From positions 42,710,068 through 42,774,067 of the forward strand of contig NC_068986.1 in assembly GCF_001194135.2 (NCBI RefSeq): a DNA stretch of 64,000 bases, in the 5' to 3' direction. The notes beneath the pieces were generated by a model. The model made no database searches and was not told where the DNA came from. It saw nothing but the letters and a program-made list of their open reading frames with translations. Below are positions 40,706-53,095 of the stretch, piece by piece (within the stretch, counting starts at the first letter, position 1; every line of letters begins with the position of its first letter). This stretch comes from Octopus bimaculoides (taxonomy: Eukaryota). Position numbers and translations under genes: made by a program.

Positions 40706-41367
40706 TATAATTCATATATGCACATGTACATAGGCATACACACACGTATATGTATGATGTATGTGTGTATAAATATATACATACACACACACGTGTGTGT
40801 GTGCATGCTGATGTACATGTGCATATACACACATCTACATGGACATACTCACACACATTTGCATGTGTGTGTATATATATATATAGTACATAAATGGACA
40901 TTCCATGCACCCAGATATAAAAAGCACACATTTATACATACATACATGCATAAATGCACATAAAGTAAAAAAGCAAATCTTACACCACTACAGATATGCA
41001 AACATAATAATGAAGACATAGGAAAGATGATTGTAAAAATATGAATACATATATACACCATGAAGACAAAAGGTGATAACAAGATTATTTCTTATACTGT
41101 AAGTGTCTAAATACAATACAGAAATGGAATAGGCAATTTAAGCACTAATAAAGGGAAAATGTGTTGTAGTATAGTAATTCATGCTGGTGCAAGAATCCAA
41201 ATAATACGGTATCTATTAATTTGGTAGTATGTTCTTACAGATTCGAATGTGAATCTCTCATTGCTGTCATAATTTGCCGTTGGGGGAACATCTATCTTGA
41301 GGCAATGTGTATTCATAACACATGTGATTTATCAGAATAAAGGGACTTCAAGAGACTGAGTGATTTT

Positions 41368-41406
<39 letters not shown>

Positions 41407-41531
41407 TTTTGGTGAATATACAAGTCCAAGAATGTATGTTTTTTATCTGTAGTCTGTATGTAGACATATGTGATTGTATATGTACATTTAAGTGTGCATA
41501 TATGTGTGTATGTACACATATTTAACTAATG

Positions 41532-41569
<38 letters not shown>

Positions 41570-41641
41570 TGCAGCGTGGAAGGTGTTTATAAGCCATTTA
41601 AAATAACACACAAAAGATTCACTTCAACATTTAAATTTAAT

Positions 41642-41690
41642 TTGTCAAAATATTTTCGTCACTTTGAGACTGCGACCTGTTCACTGACAA
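41642..41690 (-). ncRNA. Minimal type-I hammerhead ribozyme with G3:C8 core swap
   Basis: ttgtca-GTGAACA-g-gtcgc(agtctcaaa)gtgac-GAA-AA(ta)TT-T|tgacaa. 6-bp helix I, 5-bp helix II, palindromic helix III. Confidence 0.65.
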
Positions 41691-41768
41691 AATTATATAT
41701 ATATATATATATATCACAGCAAAATCAATTTAGCCCAACAAATTAGGGAGGGAGTTAGTTTAGTTGAG

Positions 41769-42897
41769 ATGCAGTTTGGGTTTGTGCCAGGGAGAAGCAT
41801 CACTGATGCTATGTTTTAGGCAAGAGAGCTGCAGTTGAAATACCTAACCAAAGATAAACCACTGTACTTGGCTTTTGTTGACATGGAGAAAGCTTGTGAC
41901 AGTGTCCCCCAATTCCTTATCTGGTGGTCAGTGTGCAAACTAGGGATAGATGAGTGGTTTGTGAGAGCTGTACAAAGCCATGTATAGGGATGCTGTCAGT
42001 AAGGTGAGGATTGGCAACAAGTATAGCAAAGAATTCAGGGTAGAAGTAGGGGTTCACCAATGTTCAGTCCTCAGCCCCCTTCTTGCTCATCATAGTCCTC
42101 CTGATAATAACAGAAATTCAAGATAGGCTACCCCTAGGAGCTCCTTTATGCTGATGACTTTGCTCTAATAGCTAAGTCACTACCAGACCTAGAGAAGCAA
42201 GGTCTAGAATTGAAGAGCCTTAGAGTTAACCTAGCAAAAACCAGAGTCTTAGTAAGTAGGAAGAAAGACAAATCACAAATCCCTTCAGGTAGATGACCCT
42301 GCTAGATCTGTAGAAAAGGTACAGGGAGAAACTCGGACACATAAGAAGCGCAACAACATCAAAGGAAGGTTAACTGAGAAGATAGTTTTTGTGTGGGAGA
42401 TGCACAGGTACAATAAACACCAAAAATGTACAGAAAACAGATTCCATCTCATGCCAGTGGGAAAAACTGGTGGTTGATAGCTTCTGTTACCTAGGTGATC
42501 AAGTCAGTAGTTGGGGTGGATGCTCTGGGAGCATAGCTGCCAGAATAAGAATAGGCTGGACAAAATTCAGTGAGCTCCTACCTCTGCTGGTAACAAAGGG
42601 CCTCTCGCTCAGAGTGAAAGGTAGACTGTATGATGCCTGTGTGTGAACAGTCATGTTACATGGAGTGAAACATGGGCTGACTGCTGAGGACATGCATAGA
42701 CTTGAAAGATATTAGGTTAGTATGCTCCGCAGGATGTGTAATGTCAGTGTGCATGTACGACAGAGTGTAAGCATCTTGGGAGAAAAGTTGGACATACGAA
42801 GCATCAGTTGTGGTGTGCAAGAGAGACAACTGTGCTGGTATGGTCATGTGATGCATATGGATGAAGACAGCTGTGTGAAGAAGTGTCACACCCTAAC
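41769..42897 (+). mobile_element. RTE-clade LINE RT, pseudogenised
   Basis: QFGFVPGRSITDAMF, LYLAFVDMEKACDSVP, GVHQ.SVLSP, ELLYADDFALIA, DSFCYLGDQV, RIRIGWTKFSELLPLL, LCWYGHVMHM. Confidence 0.92.
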
Positions 42898-43352
42898 GCC
42901 TACATTTGAGGAGTGATGGAATTAATTGCGAGGAAACTCAGTCCACAGGCACAGATAACTGATGGGGACTGTCTGGTAATATTGTTAAATGTTTTTCTTT
43001 TATTTATTGGTAAAATAAGTATTTTTATATAAATTCATTTGATATTTATTGTTAGTCGAAATATATACATTGATTTTATTATTATTATTGTATTTTAATC
43101 TGAAGATTAGCTATACTTTTGAATAGAATTGATTTTCGATCGATTTATTTTGAATTGATTTGATTTTTATTTTATTTCCTATTTGAGAATATGGTTATGA
43201 AACACGTGTAGTCATTTTTACTATTTTAATATTTATACTTTTTTAAATTTTTATTATAGGTCTTCTTAGTGTATTTACTTATTAAATTTTTCTATATGTG
43301 ATTGTGGATTTTCATGGATGAATTAGATAATTGTGGTTTTTTTTCTCAAAAT

Positions 43353-43401
<49 letters not shown>

Positions 43402-44651
43402 ATATATGTATATATATATATGAGGAAGTGCTTTGAGTAAAAGAAAATACAGGAGGATCAGTTAATTATGATTTTATTCTCAGATTCACACTCTAAAGGA
43501 ACTCAGAAGGTTTGGCCTCCAACCAGCCTTTTCATGGTACCCTTAAGCCAGGAACTTTTTAGCACCCACTAATATATATATCTATATATATGGATACTTT
43601 TTTTTTTATAATTTATGAATTTGTATTGTAAGATTCCTGATATGAAATCGTGTGTTAAATCAGGTATTTTTATATTTCGGTATGTTCTTTCTTTTTCCTT
43701 GCCAGATATACACTCATTTATTATTGTTCTTATTTTATTTTATGCCCACTGTCTGGTGCAGGCAGTGGACAAAGTGCGTTAGCGAGTCCCCATTAGTTAG
43801 CCTTACTTATGTTCGAGAAGCAACAGGCCCAGTCAAGAGAAGTGCATGGATCCCGCCGGCAGTGGTAGGGTGCTGCCCTGCCACCTGCAGATGCCGCATG
43901 CCTACCAGCCTGATGGGAACAGATCAGACGGGGGGTGCACCCAATGCCAGCACCCTGGGAATCAAGCACTGAAAAGGCGGCAGATAACCGCCCATGGAAT
44001 GTGCAGTTTGGCCATCTGTGACAATGACACCTCAGCAAGAATCAGTGGACTGGGTTCCCTCACAATTAATTCCATCGCTCTTCAAATGTAGGCACAGATA
44101 ACTGATAGGGACAGCCTAATGTATCTCACCCTTAGCATGTACAAGACAATTGATATAAGATAAAATGAGAATAATAATAGACGAGTGAAGAAGGAATATG
44201 TAATGCATGTGTTTATTTGGCAAGAAAAAAAACGACCATCCCAAAATATAACAAGATACTTTTTTTCTTATTTGTTCTTAATTCACATTCTCCATTTCTC
44301 CATTGCATTTTGACACTTGTATATTACTCTTGCATTTTCCTTTCATCCTCAAGGTGTATTTATGTATTCACTTTTCACTCTCACCTTTCCTATGCCATCA
44401 TAGTAATACAAGTTTATGTGTCTTGAGAGATTTATACACATCTGGGCATATGCTATGTTCATTTATGTATATTTATAAAAATATGTTTGAAAGTGTAGTT
44501 AGGTATTTATTCCCTCATTTGAATCCTCTCTCTCTCTCCCTCTATTTCTTTCTCTCTCTATTCCTTTTTTTTTCTATCTCTATTTCTCTCTCTTTCCATA
44601 TATATATATATATACGTTTGTGTTAGTGTGTGTGTAGGCATGTATGTACAT

Positions 44652-45060
44652 ACTCTTTTACTCTTTTACTTGTTTCAGTCTTTTGACTGTGGCCATGCTG
44701 GAGCACCGCCTTTAGTCGAGCAAATCGACCCCAGGACTTATTCTTTGGAAGCCTAGTACTTATTCTTTCGGTCTCTTTTGCCGAACCGCTAAGTTACAGG
44801 GACATAAACACACCAGCATCGGTTGTCAAGCGATGTTGGGGGACAAACACAGACATACAAACACATACACACATACATATATATATACATATATACAACA
44901 GGCTTCTTTCAGTTTCCGTCTACCAAATCCACTCACAAGGCATTGGTCGGCCCGAGGCTATAGTAGAAGACACTTGCCCAAGATGCCACGCAGTTGGACT
45001 GAACCCGGGACCATGTGGTTGGTAAGCAAGCTACTTACCACACAGTCACTCCTACGCCTA
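44652..45060 (-). mobile_element. Young tRNA-derived SINE family A
   Basis: Full length with CpGs retained. On the minus strand: head, gcatcttgggcaagtgtcttctactatagcc (CORE-like box) and tail. Confidence 0.9.
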
Positions 45061-45099
45061 GTGTATATTTATGTGTATCTATATATGTGTGTGTGTGTT

Positions 45100-45230
45100 C
45101 CTTTCTGTGGAAGAGCGTAGGCTCTAACCTTTAAAGACTTTTTCACTTCCCGAGCGTTATACTAATACATCTGTTTGTTTTCTACACCACCTGTGTTCGT
45201 CTTTTGTTTTTTTTTTTTGTGAATTCTCCC
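45100..45230 (+). mobile_element. Solo Penelope pLTR-like fragment with decayed hammerhead
   Basis: Aligns with 16711-16780 (ctttctg..gaagagc.tag.ctc.aa...aaagactt...cgagcgtta.actaatacat). Flanked by (TG)n and (TA)n. Confidence 0.65.
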
Positions 45231-45244
45231 TATATATATATATA

Positions 45245-45614
45245 TAGGTGCAGGCATGGCTGTATGGTAAGAAGTTTGCTTCTCAACCACATGGTTCTGA
45301 ATTCAGTCCCATTGCATGATACCTTGAACAAGTGCTTTCTACTATAGTCTCAGGTCAAACAAAACCTTGCGAGTGGACTTAGTTGACGGAAACTGAAAGA
45401 AGTCTGTCGTGTGTGTGTGTATTGTGTGTGTATCTGTATCACTGGACAACTGGTGTTGGTGTGTCTCTGTAACTTAGCAATTTGCCAAAAGAGACTGATA
45501 GAATAAGTACCAGGCTTTAAAAAATAAGTACTGGGTTGATACATTTGGCTAAAATTTTTCAAAGTGGTGACTCATCAAGGCCACAGTCTAATGACTGAAA
45601 CAAAATAAAAGATA
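45245..45614 (+). mobile_element. tRNA-derived SINE family A
   Basis: Reverse-orientation homologue of 44652-45060. Confidence 0.85.
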
Positions 45615-46843
45615 TATCTGATTTCCTCTGTGCTGCTAGCCAGTTAGTCAAATACCTGAAATGTTGTGGCACTATTTCTTCTGTTTCTCACTAAGACACC
45701 TGGTTTCTGTGCTTGTCTGTTTTGTTTTTTTTTTGTTTTCCTAAGTAGTTTCACTTTCATTTTATCTCATCAAGATGTTGTGTGGTATAAACAACTTATT
45801 TAAAATTCTATTTGCTCTGTTATAAATAGTCTAATATATAACAAGCTGGTGCTGGTGTTTACACCTTCAAAAACACGGTTTACTATTTGTGACATAAATA
45901 CATCAAAACTATTCTACTTAGCACTAAAGAAAATCATTGAACCATAAAAAAAAACTCTTGCCAAATGAAACATTTATTCAACCCTTACCAGATTTGAGAA
46001 ACTTATTGAAGATTATAGCTCTAGCATTGACTGTTTGAAACAGTTATTGACCAAACAGCCAGCACCTAATGAATTTAATTTATAGTGATGAAAATCTATA
46101 AAATTATTACTCTAAACTGAACAGCATTTGTTTTGGAAGCCAGAAGCAGTTTTGAATTTTACTATACATTGTTTTATTTATTTCGTTAGTTTTTTCTCTC
46201 ACCAAAAAACTTTGGTGAATGTTTGTAAAGAAAACTTCCATCGCTGTCAATATGAATTTATATCTTCTCTTTGACTGAAATTGAAATACAATTAGTTTGT
46301 TGTTTTTGTCTTTCACTTTTTATTGAGCAGAAAATGAAAGTAAGACGTAGCTTTATGTCATGTTAGTGAGCTAATGAACTGAGACTGATGTACACCATGA
46401 AGCCTTCGTAAAGTTATCTATGCTTTCTTTGACATCTAGCAATAACACATAGAAGTTTCTTTAGAAAAAAAGGCAGTTTCTATAATATATGTATTCATTT
46501 TCAGAAAAGAAGAATCACTATTTTCGGCAAAATACATCTTTTTCACTATACCTTTTAAATGTCTTTTCTTCGAGTATTTTAAAGTAGTTATTGTTGATTA
46601 TATTAAAGATACAGTATGTTTTAAGTCTATTCAGAGAGTCATGACCTGCATGTAAATTTACCAACCAGTGAAGAAGACTAATTTATATGAAGGAAAAAAT
46701 ACTTTACATTTCTTTTTTCCATTCCTTTCCTTTTCTTCCTTTTTTTTTTGTTAATTTTGTTTTATATTTTGAATATATCATCTTTAAGTTTGGTAGATTT
46801 TGTATATATCATGTTTAAATTTTGTGTATCTGTTATATTTCAG

Positions 46844-47000
46844 AATCACTGAGAAAGCTCTTCAACCTTTAAAGTTGCAACTGGCTACCTTAGATGAAGC
46901 AATAAAAGAACAACTAGATATCATTGCCACTATAAAAGCTAATGTTATTCACAATGACAGTCGCATTGAAACTATGTTACATTCTGTTGCCAAATTGTAA
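46844..47000 (+). CDS. TRAF3IP1: TRAF3IP1/IFT54 last coding exon, (E)ITEKALQPLKLQLATLDEAIKEQLDIIATIKANVIHNDSRIETMLHSVAKL*
   Basis: Acceptor tatttcAG|a. The phase-2 join gives GA+A = Glu. Peptide resembles the IFT54 C-terminus (IT..A..PLK.EL..L...IK.Q...I...KANI..N). Stop TAA at 46998-47000. Confidence 0.93.
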
Positions 47001-47128
47001 ATAAAGGACATCCTATGAATTAGAGTGATATATTTCATTGATGATTCAAATTAATTTAATAACAAATTAGGAATGCTATGCACAAACTGTATGTAAGCTG
47101 TAAGTCTTTGTTTCTATAGACAAATAAA
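47000..47128 (+). promoter_or_regulatory. Candidate polyadenylation signals of TRAF3IP1
   Basis: AATAAA at 47000-47005, overlapping the stop codon, and at 47123-47128. Which one is used cannot be told from the sequence. Confidence 0.35.
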
Positions 47129-47210
47129 TAACCCTGTCTTATTTTCATTACTTTGGTGTTCTCTGATAATTTGTTATTGACAAAAACATATTTGTTGAAA
47201 TTTCTTCTTT

Positions 47211-47962
47211 TTACTTGTTTCAGTCATTAGACTGTGGCCATACTGGGGCACCATCTTGGGGAATTTTTAGTTGAATTAATTGACCCTAGTACTTATTTTT
47301 TTAAAAGCCTGATACTTACTTAACCAGTCTCTTTCGCCAAACTGCTAAATTATGGGGATGTAAACACACCAACTCTGGTTGTCAAGTGTTGATGGGAGAC
47401 AAACACACATTATTATCATCATTATCTTCATCATTTTTTAACGTCTGCTTTCCATGCTGGCATGAGTTGGACAATTTGATAGAGAGCCGGCGAGCCAAAA
47501 GGCTGCACCAGTCACCTATCTGATCTGGCAAAGTTTCTATAGCAGGATGCGCTTCCTAATGCCAACCACTCCGAGAGTGCAGTGGGTGCTTTTACATGCT
47601 GCCGGCACGAGGGCCAGTCAGACAGTACTGGACTCGCGGTCATAGGATCGCGATTTCGATTCCCAGACCGGGCGTTGTGAGTGTTTATTGAGCGAAAACA
47701 CCTAAAGCTCCATGAGGCTCTGGCAGGGGATGGTGGCGAACCCTGCTGTACTCTTTCACCACAACTTTCTCTCGCTCTTTCTTCCTGTTTCTGTTGTGCC
47801 TGTAATTCAAAGGGCCAACCTTGTCACACTGTATCACGCTGAATATCCCACATGTCTGTGGATTGCTCAGCCACTTGCACGTTAATTTCACGAGCAGGCT
47901 GTTCCATTGATCGGATCAACTGGAACCCTCGACATCATAAGCGACGGAGTGCTAGCAACAAC
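47211..47962. mobile_element. Three abutting SINE pieces downstream of the TRAF3IP1 stop codon
   Basis: Family A 3' half (-) at about 47211-47410; family C (-) at about 47420-47628; a CpG-rich tRNA-headed SINE (+) at about 47633-47962 ending gagtgctagcaacaac. Confidence 0.75.
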
Positions 47963-48399
47963 TGTTAGTGTGGATGGAAACCGGCACACACACACACAAA
48001 TTTGTAATAGTAGTTTGATTCAGATCTCTATTACTAGAATCTTTTGTTCGTATTAAAAGTACATCTGTTTGGGTGTGTTGATGCTTGAGTGATGAGGTAG
48101 TCAGGGTTTCGACATAGGACCGATTGCCATTGAGTGAAAGTATGGTTCATTCTTGTTAGTCATTTCAGATCATGTGGTGTAGCCAGTAAGCCAATGACTG
48201 CTACATATTACAGCAACTGCTGGGCAGCTGCTTGATAGGTGGTAAATTTTTGCACAATAGATAGCATTTTATAAAATGTGATTCATGTAGTATGTATAGC
48301 CATAGGTGACTAAAATAAAAGATTATACTGACTGTGGAATTTTCTATCCTTTATTTCATTCTATGATGCATTATATATAGTTATATGTATATGCGAAGG

Positions 48400-48700
48400 C
48401 TCACAATTATGAGGTAGTGAGTTTGATTCCTAGGCCATGCTGTGTGTTGTCTTCTTGAGCGAGACACTTTATTTCACGTTGCTCCAGTTCACTCAGTTGT
48501 AGAAATGAGTTGTGATGTCACTGGTGTCAAATTGCATCAGCCTTTGCCTTTCCCTTGGATAATATTGGTGGCATGGAAGGGGAGGTTGGTATGCATAGGC
48601 AACTGCTGGTCTTCCATAAACAACATTGCTCAGACTTGTGCCTTGGAGGGGAATTTTCTAGTTGCAATCCCATGGTCATTCATGACCAAAGGAGGTCTTT
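48400..48700 (+). mobile_element. SINE family D
   Basis: Homologous to 23905-24175. Confidence 0.7.
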
Positions 48701-50329
48701 ACATTTTACCTTTTTTATGTATATGTATATTATATCTAACATTTCCCTCATTTCCATTTCCAGTCCATAACTTGAAAACTATATGGCATAGGAAGTGTTT
48801 TTTTTATTCACATCAGTGATTTTGGCATGTGGGATAATCCACTACAATGATCTTAATCAAAATTTGAAATGTAGCAGTTAACTTCTTAAAAACTTTGTGA
48901 TCTGTCATAGGGGACCCATAATGAGAAAGACAATGATTACCCAGAATTCATTGCTGGATATGAAAGGGTCCCCATTACAACTCAAACTCCAGGATCCAGA
49001 AGTGTACATCTGCCACAAAGGGTTTCACTATAATCATATTATAAACCGAAATAGGATTGTACATCTAAAACTCTTGTTTTATATTGTTCTTCATACAAAT
49101 GTTTAGAAATTGAACTTTCAGCAATCTTTTTTTGTAACTACAAGATTTTTGATTCATATCTAAAAATTTACGTAAGTGATTGTACAGCAGGAAATTATTA
49201 CATCTTCATCCAAATGCTAATGAATCCTTGGTTTTCTATCAAATTAGATGCAAATTACTAGCCTACCTATTCAAAACACAGTTAAGTCTAAATGAGACAT
49301 ACAGTGCCTAATCAAAAGGCATAGACTATATTCTGGAAATGTATTTAATCAAAGTATTGTATTTGCATTTAATCAGAATAATCTGCTATATCAATGACTA
49401 TAACTGAAGAACCATGACTCCCAATACGAGTAATGAATGTCTTACGTGAGCATATTGATCCAAACTAACTTTTGAATCTCTAATGAGTGCTTCATTGTCA
49501 TTGAATTTTCCTGTTGTGTAACTTGGTGTTAAATATTTAATTTCCAAAATTCTACTGATTGAGTAAATCAATATCTGGCTACTTGAAACTACAAATGCAA
49601 ATAGCATGACACACATATTTCATATTACAATCAAACATTAACTAATTTTCAATACAGTTAGATTTTTTTGTGGCAGAGTTTTGTGATATTCTTAGATAGA
49701 AATATATATTCTGTTCGGATGAACGGAAAACATTTCTCTAAGGTCTTCCTTAATTGAAATCAAGAATTTTTTTTCTGCAGAAGGAAATATTCCCAAAGGC
49801 TGGAACCAGCAGAACCAATATTAGACATGAAATTACTTTCATTTCAAATTCATAATCTTAGGTTCAAAATTTAATAAGACAAATTACTAAATAATGAAGA
49901 CTCCTAGTAACTTTTGACAAGAATTATTTTTTAAAAAATGGATAAAATATATACTTTCTGTTCTCTGTCATAGCTTCTACACTAAAGACTACATGACTAC
50001 AATCACTTTTGCTTTCTCTCTCTCTTTCTCATTTTCTCTCTTTCGCCTTCATTTTCTCTCTTTCTCCCTCATTTTCTCTCTCTCTCTCTCTCTGTCACCC
50101 AATAAAATAAAGTACCACTCAAATACTGGTTCCAAGTTCATCAATTAACCAGTTCCCCTATCACATTTATAACCTAAGTTAGGGTTAAAAATCATTATAT
50201 GAACACTTATCTGATGGCTAACAAGTGAATTATTCTCACAACAAAACTGTCCTCATCAAGTAGCTTTGTGATCAGGTGTTTTTATTCATTTATTTATTTA
50301 TTTATTTATTTATTAATTGGCTATACATA

Positions 50330-51270
50330 ATCCTTTCTACTAAAAGCACAAGGCCTGAAATTTGGGGAGAAGGGACTAGTCAATTACATCAACTCCAGTG
50401 TTTCACTGGTACTTAATTTATTGACCCCAAAAGGATGAAAGGCAAAATCAACCTTGGCAAAATTTGAACTTATGCTGCTAAGCATTTCGTCCAGCATGCT
50501 AACAATTCTGCCAGCTCGTCACCTCTATTTGTCTGCAGTTGTTACCATAACTACCAAACATTTGACTCTCCCTTTTTCTACAGGGCTTATAAAAACGTGG
50601 ATTCAGCCAATTCATAGGTTTTGGGTAGGAGAGCCATGAATATCCTACAGCCTCACCTCCAACTTTTCATTTAACAAAGGTTATCAAATCATGTAACTCT
50701 GCAGGTAATTTCTAGGTTTCTTATTGCGAGGTGCATATTTTCTTATGAAAGAAACCAATCATTTTGATGCATTCATGGATGAGTGATGATAATACTTATG
50801 AACAGGTTGTCAGATTCATCCAGTTTTGGCCATACTGTGTGTGTTTTATTACCCTTGTATGTCTGGCTAACATTTAAATCAATCAGTTCTGTACAGTTAT
50901 CCTTCAGAAAAAAGAATTTTCGTTTCTTCACAAAACAGAAAAATAGAAAAAGATAATTTCAGGTTTTAAACTATAGTCTTATCGCAGAAGCACTTAGGAG
51001 AAAAAATAGCCAGAATACTTTCCAAGAAAGTATCTTCACTGTTCAAGTGACAAATACTAATAATGGTTTCAAATTTTGGCACATAGGCAACAATTTTGGA
51101 GAAGATGAGTAAGTTGATTACACTGACCCCAATCTTCAACTAGTATTTTACACCAACCCCAAAAGGATGAAGGCAAAGACAACCTCAGCAGAATTTGAAT
51201 TCAAAATGTAAAAACGAGTCAAATGACACTAAGAATTTTGCCTAGCATGCTAATAATTTTACCAGCTCAC
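50330..51270 (-). mobile_element. Two Nin-like SINE copies (about 50330-50522 and 51062-51270)
   Basis: Reverse complement of the 22203 domain (tactt...ttgacccc.aaaggatgaa.ggcaaa). Confidence 0.75.
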
Positions 51271-51322
51271 TGGGTTAGACAACTATTAATACTACTACTA
51301 ATAATAATAATAATGAGAAGAA

Positions 51323-51807
51323 GATTGGAAGTGTTATCATATACATGTTTTGTCTTGGTGTAAAAGATGGGTTACAGCAAATGTTCTGCTCAATACCACA
51401 AATTTGCTTGTCAGTTGTTTGACCTTTACCAATTGAGCATGTCCCTTAGTGGCTGATGATATGTGTATCTCTGATCATGAGCAGAAGTAGTGGGGGAGCA
51501 TCGTAACCATGTGTTGAGAAAATTTCTTTGAGGTTTGAATACATCCCTGAAACCATGGGTGTTTTGCTCATCATCCTTAAACAAACCTTATTCAGGAACC
51601 TTTTGAGTGATCTGAAGAAAATACTAACTTGGTCCCACCTGCAAGGTCATATGCTGTTTATCTTGATATGAGATCACCATGTCATGCACATATGGTTGTA
51701 ATGCATGTGCCTGGTATACCCTTATCAAACAGGTAGTCATAATGGGTATATTATGCTTCAAATATTTGTACTCCAGTGTCACTTTGATGGCATCCATGCT
51801 CTCACTC
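51323..51807. mobile_element. Non-coding interspersed element, family E, copy 1 (truncated)
   Basis: Collinear with 52340-52850. (AAT)n on both sides. Confidence 0.85.
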
Positions 51808-51821
51808 AATAATAATAATAA

Positions 51822-52180
51822 TTATTATTATTATTCTATTTATTGGCCACCAGGGCAATAGAGCAGACATGGATAGTGGGGATTTTACACAATTAAAACA
51901 ATAATGATAATTTCAAACAAAAAGAATATAACAATGAAAGTTCCTCAATAGGGAGTAACCACCTGGAGTTGGCTTAAGTACCCCACTAATCCTGGACCAC
52001 TCAATGCTTTAAGGGCATCTGGGCAGGGCACCCTTCTTCCTCTCAAATTCACAAGCCTACACACGCATTATTAGTGTAGGTCCACTCACATGGACCATTT
52101 TTGCTACATTTGCCCACCTTTTAGCAAATGTACTGGGAGGCAACACTTCTCTCTCCACCCTCATCTTCCTTTCCAAGTGA
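51822..52180 (-). mobile_element. L1/Tx1-like LINE 3' end
   Basis: Minus strand reads HLERKMRVEREVLPPSTFAKRW...*, then a 3' UTR with AATAAA and an (AAT)n tail. Confidence 0.6.
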
Positions 52181-52251
52181 AATTTGAAAGCTAGGCAAAA
52201 TACCGTTAAGCATTTTGCCCGGCATACTAACGATTCTGCCAGCTCGCTGCC

Positions 52252-52290
<39 letters not shown>

Positions 52291-52293
<3 letters not shown>

Positions 52294-52850
52294 GCCCGGA
52301 TGCAGTACTAGGCAGTGACTCTCATGGCTTCTGATCTTAATTGATTGGAAGTGTTATCATTTACATTGTATAAAAGATGGGCTACTGCAAATATTCTGCT
52401 TAATACCACAGATTTGTTTGTCAGTTGTTTGACCTTAACCAGTTGAGCATGTCCCTTAGTGGCTGACGATATGTGTATCTCTGATCATGAGCAGAAGTAG
52501 TTGGGGAGCATTATAGCCATGTGTTGAGAAGAATTCTTTTGGGTTTGTATAATTCACCTTTGGAAACATGAGTGTTTTGTTCAACATCCTTANNNNNNNN
52601 NNNNNNNNNNNNNNNNATTCAGGGACCTTTTGAGCGGGATGGGCTACTCGACCTGAAGAAAATTCTAACTGGGCCCCAACTGCGAGGTCATGTGCTGTTT
52701 ATCTTGATATGAGATCCCCATGTCGTGCACATATGGTTGTGATGCATGTGCCTGGTGTACCCTTATCAGACGGGTAGTCATGATGCGTATAATGGGCTTC
52801 GTATATTTTACCCCAGCGTCACTTTGATGGCATGCACTGCTCTCTCACTC
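52291..52850. mobile_element. Non-coding interspersed element, family E, copy 2
   Basis: About 560 bp between two (AAT)n tracts. Contains a 24-N gap. Confidence 0.85.
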
Positions 52851-52878
52851 AATAATAATAATAATAATGATAATAATA

Positions 52879-53095
52879 ATCCTTTCTACTAAAGGCACAA
52901 GGCCTGAAATTTGGGGAGTGGAGATATTATTCAATTACATTGACCCTAGTGTTTCACTTGTACTTAATTTATTGAGCCCTAAAGGATGAAAAGCAAAGTC
53001 GACCTTCGCAGAATTTGAACTCAGAATGTAGTGGCAGACGAAATGCCGCTAAGCATTTCGACGGCATGCTAATGATTCTGCCAGCTCGCCGCCTT
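52879..53095 (-). mobile_element. Nin-like SINE
   Basis: Reverse complement of the 22203-type head and domain. Confidence 0.85.

Noticed and set aside
42149-42160. CTGATGA here and TCATCAG at 16-22
   Set aside because: These are the YADD codons of RTs, with no hammerhead helices. Hits at 6527, 26093, 29318, 31336, 34073 and 62248 also fail to fold.
48910-49042. Plus-strand frame GTHNEKDNDYPEFIAGYERVP...* after an AG, as an alternative last exon
   Set aside because: Its phase does not match either TRAF3IP1 donor, it lies beyond the stop and poly(A) signals, and I recognise no homology.
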